From: an uncultured Gemmatimonadales bacterium
GTDB taxonomy: Bacteria > Gemmatimonadota > Gemmatimonadetes > Gemmatimonadales > Gemmatimonadaceae
Assembly (NCBI GenBank): GCA_963707505.1
Contig: CAVPQB010000004.1
Location: 192,001 to 256,000, forward strand
Length of the DNA: 64,000 nt
Direction: 5' to 3'
Both the position numbers and the translations under genes were made by a program. The notes beneath the pieces were generated by a model, which saw only the letters and a program-made list of their open reading frames with translations, made no database searches and was not told where the DNA came from. Below, piece after piece: positions 9,341 through 18,980 of this stretch; the stretch's first letter is position 1, and each line of letters begins with the position of its first letter.

Positions 9341-10725
9341 GTCAAAAGCTCCCTTCGACCCCTCATCGAGTACAGCCATCTGCGCGCATCGCCCACCTGC
9401 TCGCATTCGCCGATGTCGAAGTACGCCGCGAACGCCGTCTCGAACCCGTCCTTCGTGTAGTCATCGAAGATGTCGGCGCGATTGCGAAGAAGGCGCACAA
9501 CCTGTGAGTCATTCTTGTCAACGAACTCGATGATGAGATTGCGTCCGAGTCGGGCCAGGAATGCGGCGACGTGACCGAGGGGCACGTTGTTGCCGATTGC
9601 CAGATGATGCACAAGAGCGAGCGCCATCACGACGTCGGCAGGTCCTCGCTCCTCGAGCGACATTCGCTCCGCGTGCGCCCAGCCCAGAGCGGGCGATGGA
9701 TTGGTGAGATCGATGAGAAGCGGCAGAATCCCCGTCTCGCTTTGCAGCCGCACGGTTCGGTAGTTTCGCTCCACGGCAGCGGGGTCGATGTCGAACGATA
9801 TGACGAGCGGTGCAATCTCTCGCGCGACACGCGAGTACACACCGGTATTGGCGCCGATGTCCCACACCACCGCAGGGTTGGATTCGCGAAGGTAACGACG
9901 GATGGTGTCCTGCTTGCTCGCGACCGCTGCGTCACTGTAGTTCGTGTCCTGGACGTAGTTCGCCCACTGCGTGCCGTCAGGCTGCCACGTGAGCCGCTCG
10001 ATCGCCTCGCTCAGGTTCTCGCTAAGCGCGACGAGTGCTGGCTTCGCCATCCTGCGCGTGCCGACAGCCGATGAGACCTTGGTCTCCGAATACTTTCGCT
10101 GCGCGCGAGCGTGCATGTGGATGTGCAGCAACGCCCGTATGTCCCCCCAACTTCTCCGCGGCAACATCTCGCTCCCAAAATCGAGCGGGATCCCGTCAAG
10201 GTATTCGCGCAGCAGCAACCCGAAGCGTATGTCGCGACGGGCCATGAGCATTAGCGGTACCAGAAAGTGCTGGCAGAATTGCTTGTACGCGATCCACGGC
10301 TCCCCGTCGCGATAGCGCTCGAACGACAGCGTGTCCATGAACACTGGGCGCCCATCGACGAACTGGACGTTGTATGCACTGGCATCGCGCAGAACGAAGC
10401 CCCGCTCGAGCGCACGCGAATGGACGGCGAGCGTCAACAGTGCGGCGTCCTTCAGCTCTCCGAAGCACCATTCGTAGGGATATGATATGAATGGGAGGCG
10501 CTCCGGCTCGAGCACCGCGTACGCATCCGTCGTGAGCGCCAGCGCTACGTCAACCGATGCATGCCGGACCAGCAGCCGATCGGCCACGAGCTCGTCGTAC
10601 AGGCCGGATGACGAGCATGCATCGAATTCATCCGCGAAGACCCGGTTGACCTGCCGGTACAGCACACCATTCCGGTCGAAAACAAATCCACTAGGGTCTC
10701 GGAATGACGCCCCGAGTCGCGTCAA
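9337..10725 (-). CDS. NoeA-like protein: N-terminal kinase-like domain + class I SAM methyltransferase
   Basis: SFRDPSGFVF start; LRDASAYNVQF...PVFMDTLSF resembles the protein-kinase-like catalytic loop and DFG region; VWDIGANTG SAM motif; ALALVHHLAI. The TTG start at 10725 is inferred. Confidence 0.85.
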   Translation of the reverse strand: MTRLGASFRDPSGFVFDRNGVLYRQVNRVFADEFDACSSSGLYDELVADRLLVRHASVDVALALTTDAYAVLEPERLPFISYPYEWCFGELKDAALLTLAVHSRALERGFVLRDASAYNVQFVDGRPVFMDTLSFERYRDGEPWIAYKQFCQHFLVPLMLMARRDIRFGLLLREYLDGIPLDFGSEMLPRRSWGDIRALLHIHMHARAQRKYSETKVSSAVGTRRMAKPALVALSENLSEAIERLTWQPDGTQWANYVQDTNYSDAAVASKQDTIRRYLRESNPAVVWDIGANTGVYSRVAREIAPLVISFDIDPAAVERNYRTVRLQSETGILPLLIDLTNPSPALGWAHAERMSLEERGPADVVMALALVHHLAIGNNVPLGHVAAFLARLGRNLIIEFVDKNDSQVVRLLRNRADIFDDYTKDGFETAFAAYFDIGECEQVGDARRWLYSMRGRRELLT

Positions 10726-10726
10726 G

Positions 10727-10867
10727 CTACCGGTGGTGTCTGTTGAAGAGCGACACGAAGAAAGCCTTGGTTGCTCTGCGCGCACGACGCATGGAGGCAA
10801 GCGCCGAGATGACTCCAGCGATTACTATCTGGAGGACGAGACTGCCTGCTGCGGGATCGATATACAT
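10727..10867 (-). CDS. 46-aa small membrane peptide with N-terminal YIDP motif (not in ORF track)
   Basis: Manual translation MYIDPAAGSLVLQIVIAGVISALASMRRARRATKAFFVSLFNRHHR*. GGAG lies upstream and the stop is 1 nt before the next start. Confidence 0.8.
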   Translation of the reverse strand: MYIDPAAGSLVLQIVIAGVISALASMRRARRATKAFFVSLFNRHHR

Positions 10868-10960
10868 CAGAACTCCCGATTGGTGGTAAAGCTTCGAGGT
10901 CCGAGTGGGAAGATAACGTACGATGATCCAGCCAGGATCACAACGTCGTTACCGTACCCT

Positions 10961-11206
10961 TCAATTTCGCGACGCCCACCGTACGTATCGTTCCGCATCG
11001 TCTGCCGACGGGAGCGAATCGGGCGATCCGTACGCCGTGTCCATGCGCCAGCGTACATACTCCCGATCCGGAATCGGGAGAAATGGCGGGCGCCGGTACC
11101 AGTGCCGATTCCGGAAGCGCCAACTCACTCGCGCGAGATCGACTGCCAACGTCGGGCGACGCAGTGAGCGTGCGCCGAGCGCGAGGGCCAGTCTCAATAT
11201 GGACAT
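10961..11206 (-). CDS. Small hypothetical protein (RPPFLPIPDREYVRWRMDTAYG motif)
   Basis: Protein-like conserved-looking motif within ORF 10961-11302; ATG at 11206 chosen as start. Confidence 0.65.
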   Translation of the reverse strand: MSILRLALALGARSLRRPTLAVDLARVSWRFRNRHWYRRPPFLPIPDREYVRWRMDTAYGSPDSLPSADDAERYVRWASRN

Positions 11207-11344
11207 GCCCCAATTTAGACATGCAGCGCACGCGGTGAGGCGACTGCTACGCCGGCTGCGGCGGCGACTGGTACGCCGGCTGCACTTCTCGTTAGCGTAC
11301 ACTTCCGCCTAGCTTTGGACGATGTACCGCTACTTGGTCCCCCA

Positions 11345-11815
11345 GTGATCAGACTGGGGCTCATCTCTGACACGCACGGCCTTCTGAGGCCGGCGGTCCA
11401 TTCGGCCTTCGCCGGCGTCGACCTGATCCTTCATGCCGGCGACGTCTGCGGTGACGATATCCTGCATGAGCTGAGGACCATCGCCCCGGTCCACGCAGTC
11501 GCTGGAAATTGCGATCCCCTCGGCGATCCGAATCTCCCGTTGTCTTTCGAACAAACGTTCGAAAACCTCCGCCTGCACATGAGTCATGGCAATGAGCTCG
11601 GTCGCCCCAAGCCGGAGCAACTGCTCAGGGCCTACCCGAACGCGGACATCATAGTATACGGCCACACCCACAAACAGCTGATCTTCGACCTTGCCGGCCG
11701 CATGGCGGTGAATCCGGGCGCCGCAGGTGCTCGACGATTCGACCTCGCTCCCAGCGTCGCCGTCATGACGATCTCCGAGGGTCGAATCGCCGTGGAACTG
11801 GTCGAGCTCGAGTGA
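11345..11815 (+). CDS. YfcE-family metallophosphoesterase
   Basis: ISDTHG, HAGD, GNCD, SHG, YGHTH and NPG motifs. Confidence 0.9.
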   Translation: MIRLGLISDTHGLLRPAVHSAFAGVDLILHAGDVCGDDILHELRTIAPVHAVAGNCDPLGDPNLPLSFEQTFENLRLHMSHGNELGRPKPEQLLRAYPNADIIVYGHTHKQLIFDLAGRMAVNPGAAGARRFDLAPSVAVMTISEGRIAVELVELE

Positions 11816-11888
11816 TCGCGGAGTGATCGCGAGTGATCGCGCGAGTGATTGCGCGCATGATTGCGCGGGCGATTGCGTGAACGATGCG
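11810..11888 (+). repeat. Degenerating 10-12 bp tandem repeat (GAGTGATCGC[GC]) starting at a stop codon
   Basis: gagtgatcgcg gagtgatcgc gagtgatcgcgc gagtgattgcgc gcatgattgcgc gggcgattgcgt gaacgatgcg. Confidence 0.85.
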
Positions 11889-12443
11889 GTCCGGCCGTTG
11901 GGCGGCGATGAGGTGCGCGTTCTCACGCTCGACAGTGGAGACAGCGCAACGGCTCGCGACGCGACGCGACGCGTGCTCGCCGTACTGCTCGGTACGTCAT
12001 CGGAAAAAATAGAATTGTACGATGCGCCCAAGGGAAAGCCGTTGCTGCGCAACGATCCAGCGCTGCACTTCTCGATCTCACACTCGCACGACGTATCGAT
12101 GATCGCGGTGACACGCGTGGCTCCGGTCGGTGTCGACATCGAACAGCTGCGTGCTGTGCCGAATGCCGAGACGATTCTGCGGCGGTTTTTCACGCACGAA
12201 GAAATCGAGACGATTCTCACCGACGACAATCGTGAGCTGCGCTTTATGGAAGCGTGGACCCGATCCGAGGCCCGCGTCAAGGTGCGCGGCGCAAGTGTCT
12301 GGGAAGCAGCGACTCCTGATCCAAATGCGACAGTCCGCGCACTGCACGCGCCTGATGGATTTGCTGCTTCCGTAGCCGTGGCGAATCCTGCGTGGACAAT
12401 CACACAGTACAACATTTCGGTGACGGACATCGTAGCTCTCTAG
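11877..12443 (+). CDS. Sfp-type 4'-phosphopantetheinyl transferase
   Basis: GKP, FSISHS, VGVDIE and WTRSEARVK motifs; start uncertain (11823 or 11877). Confidence 0.85.
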   Translation: MNDAVRPLGGDEVRVLTLDSGDSATARDATRRVLAVLLGTSSEKIELYDAPKGKPLLRNDPALHFSISHSHDVSMIAVTRVAPVGVDIEQLRAVPNAETILRRFFTHEEIETILTDDNRELRFMEAWTRSEARVKVRGASVWEAATPDPNATVRALHAPDGFAASVAVANPAWTITQYNISVTDIVAL

Positions 12444-12537
12444 ACCGATCAGCATGGACAGGGCGTGCGTTGTGTTCCATACTTCCCGACGCAAACCGTG
12501 TGCAAACTGTTCATGTTCCACCCGTCAGCGAGATCTC

Positions 12538-15500
12538 ATGCCCCGTCTCACGTCATTCTGTATCGCTGCTCTTGCAGCAGCGGCGCTCAGCACTACCGTT
12601 GGCGCCCAGTCACCCACGATATTCGACAACGCCCACTCCGATCTGCGCTATCGCATGGTTGGACCGGATCGCGGTGGACGCGTAACCGCCGTAACGGGCG
12701 TTGCCTCCGAGCCGCGCACTTTCTACATGGGCGTCGCGAGCGGCGGCCTGTGGAAGACCACTGATGCAGGCGCAACGTGGATTCCGATCTCCGACGGAAA
12801 GATTCCGGTCGGCTCGATGGGATCGATCGATGTTTCGCAATCGAATCCGAACATCATCTACGTTGGTACCGGATCGGACGACATCCGCAGCAACGTCTCG
12901 ACAGGACGGGGCGTGTACAAATCGACCGACGCCGGCGCGACATGGAGCTTCGCTGGGCTGCGTGATGCGGGACAGATCGGCGGTGTGCGCATCGATCCAT
13001 CCAATCCGGACATCGTGTACGTCGCAGCAATCGGCAACGCGTTCACGTCCAATGCGGAGCGCGGCGTCTTTCGCACGAGGAATGGCGGCAAGACGTGGGA
13101 CAAGGTGCTCTTCATCTCCGACAGCACAGGCGCAGCGGACATAGAGTTTCAACCTGGTAATTCCAGGGTCATCTATGCGTCGATGTGGCAGGGAGTGCGC
13201 AAGCCCTGGGCAATTCTGAGCGGAGGGCACGAGGGTGGTCTCTACAAGAGCACCGATGGTGGAGATCACTGGACCAAAATGGCAGGAGGTCTTCCGTCTG
13301 ATCTGTTCGGCAAGAGCAATATCGCCGTCACGGCGGCGAATCCGAATCGCGTATACGCGCTGATCGAGGCAAAGCCAGGCGGCGGTCTGTATCGCTCCGA
13401 CGACGCGGGCGAGCACTGGTCCCTGACCAGCTCCAATCCGCAGCTGATCACGCGCCCGTTCTACTACGTCACGCTCGCGGCAGATCCTACCAACGCAGAC
13501 GTCGTGTACGGAGGCGCCGAGAATTTTTACAAGTCGACCGACGGCGGCAGGAATTTCAAGTCAGTGCGCGTTCCTCACGGTGACAACCACGACATGTGGA
13601 TCAGCCCGAAGGACGGCAACGTGATGATCCAGGCGAACGACGGCGGCGCGAATGTGTCGCTCGATGGCGGACTCACCTGGTCCACGCAATTCAATCAACC
13701 GACCGCTGAGATTTATGCGGTGTCGATCGACAACCAGTTTCCGTATCGGCTGTACGGCGCACAACAGGACAACACGACGTTGATCGTGCCCGGTCTGCCG
13801 CTCAACAGTGGACAGGAAGAGGAGTGGCGCGGCGGACCCGGTTGCGAGACCGGACCGATCATGCCGCACATCACCAACCCCGATACGGTTTACGGATCGT
13901 GCAAGGGACAGTTCAGCCGCATGTCGCTGCGGACCGGTCAGGAAAAGCAATACTGGGTCGGAGCACAGTCACTGTATGGAAGCGTGCCGGGCGATCTCAT
14001 CTACCGTTTTCAGCGCGTGTCGCCGCTGGAGCTGTCCCCGCACGATTCGCACGTGATCTATTACGGATCGCAGTACGTGCATCGCACGCGCGACGAGGGT
14101 GTGACGTGGGAGCGGATCAGTCCGGATCTCACGGCGCACGATCCGCGCTATCTCAACGCAGTGAGCGGCGGTCCGATCACTCGCGACGTTACAGGCGAGG
14201 AAGTGTACGCCACACTGTACGTGATCCGCGAATCCCCGCTGCAGAAGGGCCTGATCTGGACCGGATCCAACGATGGTCCGGTCTACGTAACCCGCGACGA
14301 TGGGAAGACGTGGACCAACGTCACGCCGAAGGATCTGCCACCTGGCGGTCGCGTACAGACGATCGATCCGTCGCCGCATCGCCCGGGCTCGGCGTACATC
14401 GCCGTCTATCGTTACCTGCTCGGCGATTTCGCACCGTACATCTATCGTACCGATGACTACGGCAAGTCGTGGACGCGCCTCACCGACGGAACCAACGGAA
14501 TAGCGAAGGACGAGCCGACACGCGTGGTGCGTGAAGATCCGTCGCGCGCCGGTCTGCTGTACGCAGGCACGGAGTTCGGCATGTATGTGTCGCTCGACAA
14601 CGGAGGCCACTGGCTGCCGTTCCAGTTCAATCTTCCGGCGACTCCGATCACAGACATCAACGTGCACCAGAAGGATCTGGTGTTGTCCACGCAGGGCAGG
14701 TCGTTCTGGATCATGGATGATCTGACTCCATTGCATCAGTGGAGTGATGCGATTGCATCATCCAGCGCGCATCTCTTCAAGCCGCGTGATGCGTATCGCA
14801 TGCATTACAGGGCAAATCCCGTTTCGATATCCGCGCGCGGGAACAGTGCGTCTGCGCCGCAGTATCCGCAGCCGGGCGCAATGATCGACTATTACTTCGC
14901 GAAGGAGCCCCAGGGCGAAGTGAAGCTCGACATACTCGACGCGAGCGGGAAGGTCGTGCGCACGTTCACGACCGCCGCCGCCAACGAGCGGACGCGTGAA
15001 CCGCAGGGCAACGAAGATCAGGACGAGGACGCGCCGCGTCGGCGCTCCGGTCCCGTCAACATCACGAAGCACCAGGGGATGAACCGCTTCACGTGGGATC
15101 TTGGCTATCCTGGTCCGCGCCAGAGTGCTTCGCGTCCAGCCGGCGGTGGCGGCCCCACTGCCGTACCGGGTGCGTACAGGGTTCGTCTCACCGTCGCCGC
15201 GTCGGGAAGCGATGCCGCGTGGACGGCGACACAGCCTCTCGTCGTGAAGCCGGATCCGCGTATCACGCGTGACGGCGTGACGGTCGCCGACATGCAACAG
15301 CAGTTCGATCACAACATGCGCGTACGTGATCTTGTGACGGACGTAAATCTTGCGGTCGCGCGCGTTCGCGAAGCACGTACGCGGCTCAAGGGCGCCACGG
15401 GCGCTGCAGCCGATACACTGCAACAGCTCGACGCCATCGCAGCGAAGCTCGAAACGCCTCCTATCCGTTACAGCAAGCCGGAGCTGCAGGGCAACATCAC

Positions 15501-15651
15501 CTACCTGTACGGCATGACCAATGGCGCCGATCAGAAGATCGGGCGTGACGCGGTCGACCGGTATCGCACGCTCCGCTCGGCGCTCGATGTCCAGCTCGCG
15601 GGCCTTAACAGACTGCTCGGTCCGGCGCCCGTTGGAGGTGCCGGCCGATAG
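12538..15651 (+). CDS. Secreted VPS10/BNR (Asp-box) double beta-propeller protein, glycosyl-hydrolase-like
   Basis: Signal peptide; GPDRGGRV start; repeated S/TxDGGxxW Asp-boxes; GGAQQDN-like and TQGRSFWI motifs. Confidence 0.9.
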   Translation: MPRLTSFCIAALAAAALSTTVGAQSPTIFDNAHSDLRYRMVGPDRGGRVTAVTGVASEPRTFYMGVASGGLWKTTDAGATWIPISDGKIPVGSMGSIDVSQSNPNIIYVGTGSDDIRSNVSTGRGVYKSTDAGATWSFAGLRDAGQIGGVRIDPSNPDIVYVAAIGNAFTSNAERGVFRTRNGGKTWDKVLFISDSTGAADIEFQPGNSRVIYASMWQGVRKPWAILSGGHEGGLYKSTDGGDHWTKMAGGLPSDLFGKSNIAVTAANPNRVYALIEAKPGGGLYRSDDAGEHWSLTSSNPQLITRPFYYVTLAADPTNADVVYGGAENFYKSTDGGRNFKSVRVPHGDNHDMWISPKDGNVMIQANDGGANVSLDGGLTWSTQFNQPTAEIYAVSIDNQFPYRLYGAQQDNTTLIVPGLPLNSGQEEEWRGGPGCETGPIMPHITNPDTVYGSCKGQFSRMSLRTGQEKQYWVGAQSLYGSVPGDLIYRFQRVSPLELSPHDSHVIYYGSQYVHRTRDEGVTWERISPDLTAHDPRYLNAVSGGPITRDVTGEEVYATLYVIRESPLQKGLIWTGSNDGPVYVTRDDGKTWTNVTPKDLPPGGRVQTIDPSPHRPGSAYIAVYRYLLGDFAPYIYRTDDYGKSWTRLTDGTNGIAKDEPTRVVREDPSRAGLLYAGTEFGMYVSLDNGGHWLPFQFNLPATPITDINVHQKDLVLSTQGRSFWIMDDLTPLHQWSDAIASSSAHLFKPRDAYRMHYRANPVSISARGNSASAPQYPQPGAMIDYYFAKEPQGEVKLDILDASGKVVRTFTTAAANERTREPQGNEDQDEDAPRRRSGPVNITKHQGMNRFTWDLGYPGPRQSASRPAGGGGPTAVPGAYRVRLTVAASGSDAAWTATQPLVVKPDPRITRDGVTVADMQQQFDHNMRVRDLVTDVNLAVARVREARTRLKGATGAAADTLQQLDAIAAKLETPPIRYSKPELQGNITYLYGMTNGADQKIGRDAVDRYRTLRSALDVQLAGLNRLLGPAPVGGAGR

Positions 15652-15722
15652 TTCATGCATTAAATCTTTATATAATCTTGCCCTTCTGTGGTACCCTGGT
15701 GAAGTTTGAGCGCTGAGTCCCG

Positions 15723-15777
15723 CCGGTCGTCGAGAGCGGGAGGAACAACATCTGTTTCCTCCCGCTCCGCGATCCGG
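15723..15777 (+). promoter_or_regulatory. Strong stem-loop in the SusC leader
   Basis: gagcgggaggaa..ttcctcccgctc 12-bp inverted repeat, extendable to ccgg..ccgg; TATAAT at 15671-15676 upstream. Confidence 0.5.
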
Positions 15778-15808
15778 TCCCGAACCAGCCATAGCCAGGA
15801 GCAGGTCC

Positions 15809-18800
15809 ATGAGGTTGTATCGTCGAGCGTGGTATTCCGGTCTCGCGATGTCGCTATTCGCCGCACTCGCTCCCGGCCTGGCCGGCGCGCAGGGGGCAAC
15901 CAATCCCGCATCACGCATCACGGGCGTCGTCACTGATTCGGTAGGAAATCATCCCGTTGCTGGAGTTCAGGTGACGGTGACTGGTGGGCGCCTGGGTGCG
16001 ATAACCGACGCCGAAGGCCGCTACACCATCAACGGTGTGGCACCCGGAACGCACACGATCGACGCGCGTCGGCTTGGTTTCAAGCCACTGACTCGTCCTG
16101 GCATCGTCGTAAACGAGGGCGCCGCGACAACGCTGAATCTTCACATCGTATCAGTGCCTCTGATGCTCGAAGCGGTCGTGAGCACAGGCGTCGTCGATCC
16201 GACGAGCGGCACGCGCGTTCCGTTCACGGTCGGACGCGTGGACGCGGAGAACGCACCGGTACCATCGGCCAATGCGGTCGAAACGATTCAGGGCAAGATC
16301 GCCGGCGTCACGGTGGTGCCGAGTGGTCAGCCTGGTACGGGGACGAACATCGTTCTGCGTTCGCCGACGAGCATCAACAAGTCCAACTCACCGCTCATCG
16401 TGGTCGACGGCGTGATTCTCAGCCAGGCATTCGACGGATCGACTGCTGATCTCGAGTCGCTCGACATCGAAAGCGTCGAAGTCGTGAAGGGCGCCGCGGC
16501 GGCATCGCTGTACGGTTCGCGCGCATCCTCCGGCGTGATTCAGATTCGGACCAAGCGCGGTGCGAGCCTGCCCGAAGGACCCACACACATCACGGTGCGC
16601 TCCGAGATCGGAACGAGCTCGATCGCGAACAAGAAGCACTGGGCCAAGTACCACTACTACATGGTCGATTCTGCGGCGACGACGTATCTCAACGCCGCGG
16701 GTGCACCGGTGGATCGCGCGGCACGCGTCCCGAAGCCGATCTTCTCGCGATTCCAGGACAGTCGCTACCCGGACCCCACGTACGACCAGATCCAGCGCTT
16801 TTTCGATCCCGGTCAGACGTACAAGAACTCCGTGACGATGGCGCAGAATGGCGGCCGCACCAACTGGCTGTTGTCGCTCGTCAACTCCAGTCAGGACGGC
16901 GTGGTGCTGAACGCAGGCACGTATGGCCAGAACGACGTGCGATTGAACCTCGATCACCAGCTCCGTGATGATCTGGCGCATATCGTTCAGCGGATTTCGG
17001 AAGCAGATCCAAGCGCCGCGACCTCAACGGCAACACGTTCTTCCAGCTGATCAATCAGGCGCCGGACGTGAATCTGCTTCAGCCGGATCCGGATGGAACG
17101 CCGTACATCTTCCAGCCGGACCCGCGAGGGCCGTGAGCCGAATCCGCTCTACGTGCTCGCAACGCAAGATCAGAGAGCGCGAGCGCACGCACACTCGGGC
17201 AGCATCGAGGCGCGCTACAGGCCGCTGTCATGGCTCAGCTTCGACGCCAACGTGAGCTACGACCGGTCCGATCGTCGCATCACCTACTTCCTCGATCAGG
17301 GGCTCAAGACGCGAACGTTCGGACGCGGGCGACCCGGGTCAGATCACACAGACGCACGGCACGACCGACGCGCTCAACGCCTCGATCAGCGCGAACCTGC
17401 TCGGCCACTTCGGCGCTGACACTGCGCAGCACGTTGCGCGCGCTGATCGAGCGCGAGAGCAACTCGGTCGACCACCGCCGACGGAACCAACTTCTCGGCA
17501 CCGGGCGTGCGCAGCCTGGACAACGCGCAGAACCGATTCGTGTCCTCGACGCTCGAGAGCGTCCGCTCGACCGGCTACTTCGGCACGCTCGGCGCCAACT
17601 ACGGCGACCACTACATCTTCGACGGCCTCGTTCGTCGCGACGGCAGCTCGCTGTTCGGCCCGAAGAGCGCTGGAACACGTACTACCGCTGGAGCGGCTCG
17701 TACCGCATGGCGCCGGAGTCGTGGTGGCCGTTCAAGGGGATGATCAACGAGTTCAAGCTGCGCGTCTCGCGCGGCACGGCCGGCGGCCGCCCGAGCTTCG
17801 ACGACCAGTTCGAGACGTACGACTTCACCGCTGGCGGCGGTCGTCGCGAAGACCACGCTCGGCAACAGGCGCTCAAGCCGGAGCTGTCGACGGAGACCGA
17901 GTTCGGCTCGACATGATCATGAAGGATCGCTTCTCGGTGCAGCTGTCGTACGCGAAGAACAAAGTCACGGATCAGCTGCATCCAGATCCCGCTACCCGGT
18001 GTCTACGGCTACACCACGCAGTGGCAGAACGCCGGTACCGTGGAAGGGCAACACGATCGAGGCAACGTTCGAGGCGCAGATGTTCGCGGCGCCCAAGCTC
18101 ACGTGGCGCTGGGCCTCGTCGCCGATCGCTCGCGCAACAAGATCACCGAGTTCGATCGTGTCCTGCTTCACGACCAAGACGATCGCGTATCGCTGCGCCG
18201 GCGAGACGCTCGGCACGATGTACGGTTTCGCATTCGCTCAAGCAGGCCGCGGCGACTTCCAGCCGGCTGCGCAGGCGCGCGCCTCGGAGTTCCAGGTCAA
18301 CGACGACGGCCTGCTCGTCTGGGTCGGCCCCGGCAACACGTACACGGAAGGCGAGACAAAGAAGCTGTGGGGAACCAGCACGACGATCGGCACGACCAAC
18401 TACGGCTGGGGCATGCCGATTCTGGCCGCAGGATCCGACGGGCAACACCGCAGTCCGGAAAATCGGCGACGGCAACGCCGCGCTTCCACTACGGCGTCTC
18501 GAACAACGTCACCTGGCACGATCTGCAGTTCTACGCGCTTCTGGACGTCAATGTCGGCGGCAACGTCTACAACCAGACCAACCAGCGCATGTACCAGTAC
18601 GGACGTAGCAGCGACGTCGATCAGGCGGGCAAGCCGCAGGAAGACTGAAGAAGATCGTCGGACTACTACGTCGAACCTGTATTCGGCGAACAATCCGATC
18701 GATTACTTCGTCGAGGACGCCGGCTTCGTGAAGCTGCGCGAGGTCTCGTGCGCTATCAGCTGCCACGGCAGCTTTGTCGGGAGCATTGTCGAAGCGTCGG

Positions 18801-18960
18801 CGCCTCGGGCGCATCGCTGTCGCTCATCGGCCGTAACGTGCTCACCTGGACCAACTACAAGGGCTACGACCCCGAGGTTGGTACTCCGAACGTCCGCCTC
18901 GACAGCTACGACTATCCGCGCTACCGAACGTTCACCAGCAGCGTCGAGATCAACTTCTGA
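15809..18960 (+). CDS. SusC/RagA-family TonB-dependent transporter (multiple frameshifts about 16980-18830, probably sequencing errors)
   Basis: Carboxypeptidase-regulatory-like N-terminus; PLIVVDG, IESVEVVKGAAAASLYGSRASSGVIQI plug; LKPE, EDAGFVKLRE and the terminal YPRYRTFTSSVEINF are found in different frames. Confidence 0.9.
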
Positions 18961-18980
18961 TGGCGACCCGGAGATACGAC

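Noticed and set aside
11810..11888. Short repeats (also at 39251 and 45766) as a CRISPR array
   Set aside because: No regular repeat-spacer period and no cas genes.
11877..12443. Sfp PPTase as a marker of a secondary-metabolite cluster
   Set aside because: No NRPS, PKS or carrier-protein gene is in the window.
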